This document shows positions 61,892 to 64,000 of a DNA stretch of 64,000 nt, piece after piece. The stretch lies in the NCBI RefSeq assembly GCF_006345805.1, contig NC_043013.1, forward strand, positions 8,308,001 to 8,372,000, written 5' to 3'. Source of the stretch: Octopus sinensis (lineage: Eukaryota). Made by a program: the position numbers and the translations under genes. Position 1 is the stretch's first letter. The number at the start of each line of letters is the position of its first letter. The notes beneath the pieces are model-generated. The model had not been told where the DNA came from and searched no databases. It saw only the letters and a list, made by a program, of their open reading frames with translations.

Positions 61892-63934
61892 AACATTAAT
61901 TCAACTCTCATTCCGTTTATCCTTTCATTTCATGTAAACATAAAGCTATCTCATTAAATACGAAATTAAACTAGAAATTATTAAAAAGACTAGGACGGAA
62001 AAAGAAAGTGTCTGTTTTAGAACCATTAGGGCATGAATTACCAACTTTAAAAACCATGAATGGAACATGACAAAATAAAAGTTGCCGTGCAGAATTCATG
62101 CAAGCATAATGCTCTTTAACTAGCATGCAGAAACGGTAAAATCATGGAAAATGGTGTTTTGAGTGGATGGTATGTTATAGTACCATTCACCTCTACATCA
62201 AGCCATTATCCAACAAAAGGTGTAAAATATATTTACAGTCGTAGGAGTGGCTGTGTGGTAAGTAGCTTGTTTACCAACCACATGGTTCAGGGTTCAGTCC
62301 CACTGCAGGACACCTTGGGCAAGTGTCTTCTGCTATAGCCTCGGACCGACCAAAGCCTTGTGAGTGGATTTGGTAGACGGAAACTGAAAGAAGCCGTTCG
62401 TATATATGTATATATATATATGTATGTGTGTTTGTGTATCTGTGTTTGTCCCCCTAGCATTGCTTTTCAACCGATGCTGGTGTGTTTACGTCCCCGTCAC
62501 TTAGCGGTTCGGCAAAAAGAGACCGATAGAATAAGTACTGGGCTTACAAAGAATAAGTCCCGGGGTCGATTTGCTTGATTAAAGGCAGTGCTCCAGCATG
62601 GCTGCAGTCAAATGACTGAAACAAGTAAAAGAGTAAAAGAGAGAGTAGGCGTAGGAGTGGCTGTGTGGTAAGTAGCTTGCTTACCAACTGCATGACTCCA
62701 GGTTCAGTCCCACTGCGTGGCACCTTGGGCAAGTGTCTGCTGCTATAGCCTTGGGCCAACCAAAGCCTTGTGAGTAGAATTGGTGGATGGAAGCTGAAAG
62801 AAGCCTGTCGTATGTATGTATTTATATATATGTATATGTATGTATGTATGTGTGTGTATATGTTTGTGTGTCGATTTGCTTGACTAAAGGCGGTGCTCCA
62901 ACATGGCTGCAATCAAATGACTGAAAGAAGTAAAAGAGATAGTAAAAAAGAGAATATGTGTGTGTATGTATATGTTTGTGTGTCTGTGTTTGTCCCCCCA
63001 ACATCACTTGACAACCGATGCTGGTGTGTTTACGTCCTCGTTACTTAGCAGTTCAGCAAGAGAGACCGATAGAATAAGTACCTGGCTTACAAAGAATAAG
63101 TCCTGGGGTCGATTTGCTCGACTAAAAGGCGTTGCTCCAGCATGGCCACAGTCAAATGACTGAAACAAATAAAAGAATAAAAGAATAAAAATTCAGCATT
63201 CAATAATCTGAATTCAGAAGAATTAATGTAAAAAAAAAAAAGAAAATAAGAAAAAAAGAAAAAAATGGTAAACACTCACACAAACTTACCGACACACATC
63301 ACATAATTATCATTAGAAATATAAAGCAGCTGAAAAAGTTATTCAAATGTTTGATGCTTTTGGTGGCTGGTTAGCAAAGTTCAGATATCAATATGTAGTC
63401 TGCATATCATTTAGATAACAATGGAAGCAGGAAGTGCTGACATCCTCCAGACTGCATCAGAAGTTCTAGCATAAGTGAAATGCTTCATAGACACAAGTAA
63501 ATATACACCAAATATAATTTTTAATCTAATCAGATGTAGATTATTTTGGAAAAGTCTAAAACTTTTTTGTTATATTATTAGCATGCTCATTAGAACATCA
63601 GACAAAATACTTTGTTGCAATTTTCCGGTTCTTTACATTCTGAGTTCCAATATCACTGAGGTCAACTTTGCCTTTCATCCTTGCAGGGTTGATAAAATGA
63701 AGTACAAGTCAAGCACTGTGTTGATGTCATCGAGTTACCCCCCTTTGTCCTATTGCTGGCCTTATGCCAATAGGACAAAATTTATCATGTTTACTCTCAA
63801 CTGAAGTAAGACTTTATAACCTCACTACCTCCTCCTGGTCCAATAAAAAACAAAAATTGAAACTGTTATTTGCGTAGTTATCACAGGATATACAATATCA
63901 ATGTGATTGGTTCCCCTTAACAGTTTGTTTAAAG

Positions 63935-64000
63935 CAGTGGTTCCCCCAAAGTGGGCAGTATTGCTCCCTCGTGGGACAGTGGGAAGTTCCAAGGAGACAT
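63935..64000 (+). mobile_element. Probable hAT MITE left end, cut by window edge
   Basis: CAGTGGTTCCCCCAAAGTGGG resembles Charlie-type TIRs. Confidence 0.5.

Noticed and set aside
46129-64000. Next DGK exon (expected LH.KC...ECD.G..ILPP); AG sites at ~51159, ~54732 and ~56625 examined
   Set aside because: All frames hit stops or lack DGK similarity; the exon is probably beyond the window, though a small exon could have been missed by eye

Overview
AT-rich, repeat-saturated eukaryotic DNA. The SINE families and microsatellite load suggest an octopus or other coleoid cephalopod; this is inference, not a database match. The + strand carries eight internal exons (1473-46128) of a type I diacylglycerol kinase (DGK-beta/DGK1-like). 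They splice GT-AG in frame to 822 nt / 274 aa, covering the DAGK N-terminal/RVH region, two EF-hands, C1a and most of C1b. The start codon and catalytic domain lie outside the window. The introns hold several tRNA-derived SINE families, RTE-type LINE fragments, a DD37D (maT) and a mariner relic, two non-autonomous Helitrons, hAT and piggyBac-type MITEs (one as a 6-copy array), minisatellites and long microsatellites. The most notable signal is a set of short modules next to (TA)n that contain type I hammerhead ribozyme motifs of the Penelope/retrozyme kind: 8 loci with a recognisable complete fold, plus partial relics. Many are built as long fold-back palindromes of graded age, so the ribozyme is present on both strands and the sense copy is preceded by its own antisense. 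Two motifs have core variants (a U3-A8 compensatory pair; A13U). All folds were assigned by eye and none is experimentally tested.
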